From positions 3,520,001 to 3,584,000 of the forward strand of contig CP086569.2 in the NCBI GenBank assembly GCA_009914755.4: DNA of 64,000 nucleotides, in the 5' to 3' direction. Each line of letters opens with the position of its first letter. The stretch's first letter is position 1. The notes beneath the pieces are model-generated. The model did no database searches. It saw only the letters and a list, made by a program, of their open reading frames with translations, and was not told the origin of the DNA. Made by a program: the position numbers and the translations under genes. This document shows positions 61,360-64,000 of this stretch, piece by piece. The DNA is from the human T2T-CHM13v2.0 reference genome, Homo sapiens.

Positions 61360-62809
61360 CTTGAAAATTGTCTTTCTGACACAAGACAGGAAGACAAGAA
61401 TAGAGAAAAAAAGAATAAAAAGGAATGAACAAAATCTTCGAGAAACATGGAATTATGTAAAGAGAACAAATCTATGATCGTTTGGTGCACCTGAAAGAGA
61501 CTAGAAGAATGGAAACAACTTGGAAAACATTTTTCATGACGTATCCATGAAAAATTCCCTAACCTAGCTAGAGAGGCCAACATTCAACTTTAGGAAATGC
61601 AGATAACCCCAGTAAGACACTCTATGAGAAGATCATCCCCAAGACAAATAGTCATCAGACTCTCCAAGTGTCAAATGAAATTAAAAAAATCTTAAAGACA
61701 GCTAGAGAGAAAGGACAGATTAACTACAAAGTAAAGGCCCATCAGACTAACAGCCGACCTCTCAGAAGAAACTTTACAAGCCAGAAGAGATTAGGGGCCA
61801 ATATTCAACATTTTTAAGAAAAGAAATTCCAGCCCAGAATTTCATATCCAGCCAAACTAATCTTCATATGCAAAGAAGAAATAAGGTCCTTCACAGAGAA
61901 GCAAATGCTGAGAAAATATGTTACTCTCAGACTTGCAATAAAGCACTAAATATGGAAAGGAAAGAATATTACCAAGAACTACAAAAAACACACTGAACTA
62001 CACAGACCAGTGACACTATAAAGCAACCATATAAAGAAGTCTGCAAAATAATCGGCTAACGTCATGATGAAATAATTAACAAAGAAACTACTAGGTAGAC
62101 TGATAAATAGGAAAAGATATAGGATTCAAATAAACACAGTCAGAAATGACAAGAGGGATATTATCACTCACCCCAGAGCAATGCAAGCAACCATTGGAGA
62201 ATATTATGAACATCTGCGTGCACACAAACTAGAAAATCTAGAATAAATGGATAAAGTAATGGAAACTTACACCCTCCAGAAATGAACCAGGGAGAATTTG
62301 AATCTCTGAACAGACCAATATGAGCTCTGAAATTGAGTCAGTAATAAATAGCCTATAAACCAAAAAGAGCCCAGAACCAGGTGAATTCACAGCTGATTTC
62401 TACCAGATGTACAAAGAAGAGTTGACACTATTCCTACAGAAGCTATTCCATGAAATTGAGTAGGAGAGACTTCTCCTCAATGAGGCCAGCATTATCCTGA
62501 TGCCAAAATCTGGCAGAGATAACAAAAAAGAAAACATCAGACGAACATGCTTGAACATAAATGCAAAAATTCTCAACAAAATATTGACACACCGAATCCA
62601 GTAGCACGTCCAGAAGCTTATCCACCATGATCAAGGAGACTTCATATCTGGGATGCAAGGTTGGTTCAACATAAGCAAATCAATATATGTGATTAATTAC
62701 ATAAACAGTACTAAAAACAAAAAAGAAAGACACAATTATCTCAGTAGATGTAGAAAAGACTTTTGATAAAATTCAACATCCATTCATGTTAAAAATCTAA
62801 ATAAAGGTA

Positions 62810-63199
62810 TTGGAAAAACATCTCAAAATAATAAGAACCATCTATGACAAATCCACAGCCAACATTATTCTGAATGGGCAAAAGCTGGATGAATTCTTCT
62901 TAAAAACCAGCACAAGGAACGAATGCCCTCTTTCACCACTATTAGTAAACATAGCATTGGAAGTTCTAGCCAAAACAATTAGACAAGAGAAAGAAATAAA
63001 GGGCATCCAAAAAGGAAGAGAGAAAGTACAACTATCCCTGTTTGCAGATTACATGATCCTGTATCTAGAAAACCCCATATTCTCAGCTGGAAAGCTTCGT
63101 AAGCTGATAAGCAACTTCAGCAAAATCTCAGAATACAAAATCAATATGCGAAAGTTACTACCATTTCTATACTTCAACGACAGCCAAGAGCCAAATTAG
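62810..63199 (+). pseudogene. L1 ORF2 remnant (reverse transcriptase domain, fingers/palm), disrupted
   Basis: ORF 62810..63199 reads '...[75 protein letters not shown]...'. It is collinear with L1 ORF2p '...[75 protein letters not shown]...'. Flanking frames are broken by stops. Confidence 0.85.
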
Positions 63200-64000
63200 A
63201 AACAAACTCCCATTCACAATTGCCAGAAAAAAATTAAAATATCTAAAAATACAGCTAGCTATGGAGGTGAAATATCTCCACAAATAGAACTACAAACCAC
63301 TGCTCAAAAAAAGTCAGAGATGACACAAACAAATGCAAAAACATTCCATGCTCATGGATGGAAAAAATCAATATTTTTTAAATGGCCATACTACTCAAAG
63401 CAATTTATAGAGTCAATGCTATTCCTATTAAATCACCATTAACATTCTTCACAGAAACAAAGAAAACTATTTTAAAATTCATATAAAACCAAAAAGAGCC
63501 TCAATGGCCAAGGCAACTGTAAGTAAAAAGAAAAAAAGAAAAAAACAAGCTGGAGGCATCACTGTACCTGACTTGAAACTACTATATAGGGCTACAGTAA
63601 CCCAAACAAATGGGACTGGTACAAAAACAGACAGATAGACCAATGGAACAGATTAGAGTACCTAGAAATAAGAAGAACATGAACCTACAACTAACTCATC
63701 ATTGACAAACCAGACAAAAACAAGCAATGGGAAGAGCATTCCCTATGCAATAAATGGTGCTGGTATAACAGGCCAGACATATGCAGGAGATTGAAACTGA
63801 AACCCTTCTTTACACCATACAAAAAAATTACGTCAAGATGAATTAAAGACTTAAATGTAAAACCCAAAATTATAAAAACCCTGGAAGTCAACCTAGGCAA
63901 TACCAGTTAGGACATAGGCATGGGCAAAGATTTTATGATGAAGAAGTCAAAAACAATGTCAACAAAAGCAAAAATGGACAAATTGGATCTAATTAAACTA

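Larger units (their letters stand above)
59381..64000 (+). mobile_element. L1 LINE (older primate L1P-type), 5' UTR + ORF1 + 5' part of ORF2, continuing past the window end; defective
   Basis: The 5' UTR starts 'ggtattcccaagatggctgactagaagcagctagggtgtgtggc', matching the L1 5'-UTR start '...gagccaagatggccgaataggaacagctcc...'. The ORF1 remnant is at 61015..61359 (114 aa, then stops and frameshifts through about 61960). ORF2 RT sequence runs from about 62040 to 64000 ('...[15 protein letters not shown]...' at 62810..63199 is the RT 'FADDMIVYLENP' motif with YXDD altered). The end of the window ('...gcaaaaatggacaaattggatctaattaaacta') parallels L1 ORF2 '...gacaaaattgacaaatgggatctaattaaactaaag'. 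Confidence 0.85.

Overview
This window is primate (almost certainly human) nuclear DNA, not a prokaryotic or viral locus. It is AT-rich, lacks CpG islands and is full of interspersed repeats. I could not recognise any host protein-coding exon, tRNA, rRNA or CRISPR array. No ORF in the supplied track exceeds 147 aa, and every ORF I could assign belongs to a retroelement.

Main features:
- At least twelve Alu SINEs, most with a poly-A tail and readable target-site duplications.
- A roughly 10 kb class I (gamma-retrovirus-like) endogenous retrovirus provirus on the minus strand, at about 7.3–17.3 kb. Its 3' LTR is full length, its 5' LTR is truncated, and gag, RT, RNase H and IN remnants are recognisable.
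- A solo LTR of the same family at about 32.9–33.9 kb.
- Two full-length THE1/MST-class MaLR elements (LTR–internal–LTR, minus strand) at about 42.8–45.5 kb and 56.3–59.1 kb, each carrying a later Alu insertion.
- Four copies of an unclassified ~590 bp interspersed repeat between 24 and 51 kb.
- Two older MaLR-like LTR remnants, an old L1 fragment, and a long L1 (plus strand, 59.4 kb to the window end) whose 5' UTR contains three tandem ~270 bp units.
- One (TG)n-type microsatellite.

I find no evidence of a novel biological system. The observations worth a second look are structural: a possibly polymorphic young Alu, a truncated ERV 5' LTR joined to an Alu fragment, local clustering of one repeat family, and an L1 with an internal ORF2 deletion. 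All coordinates are estimated by eye and may be off by several bp. Subfamily names are from memory of consensus sequences, not from a database search.
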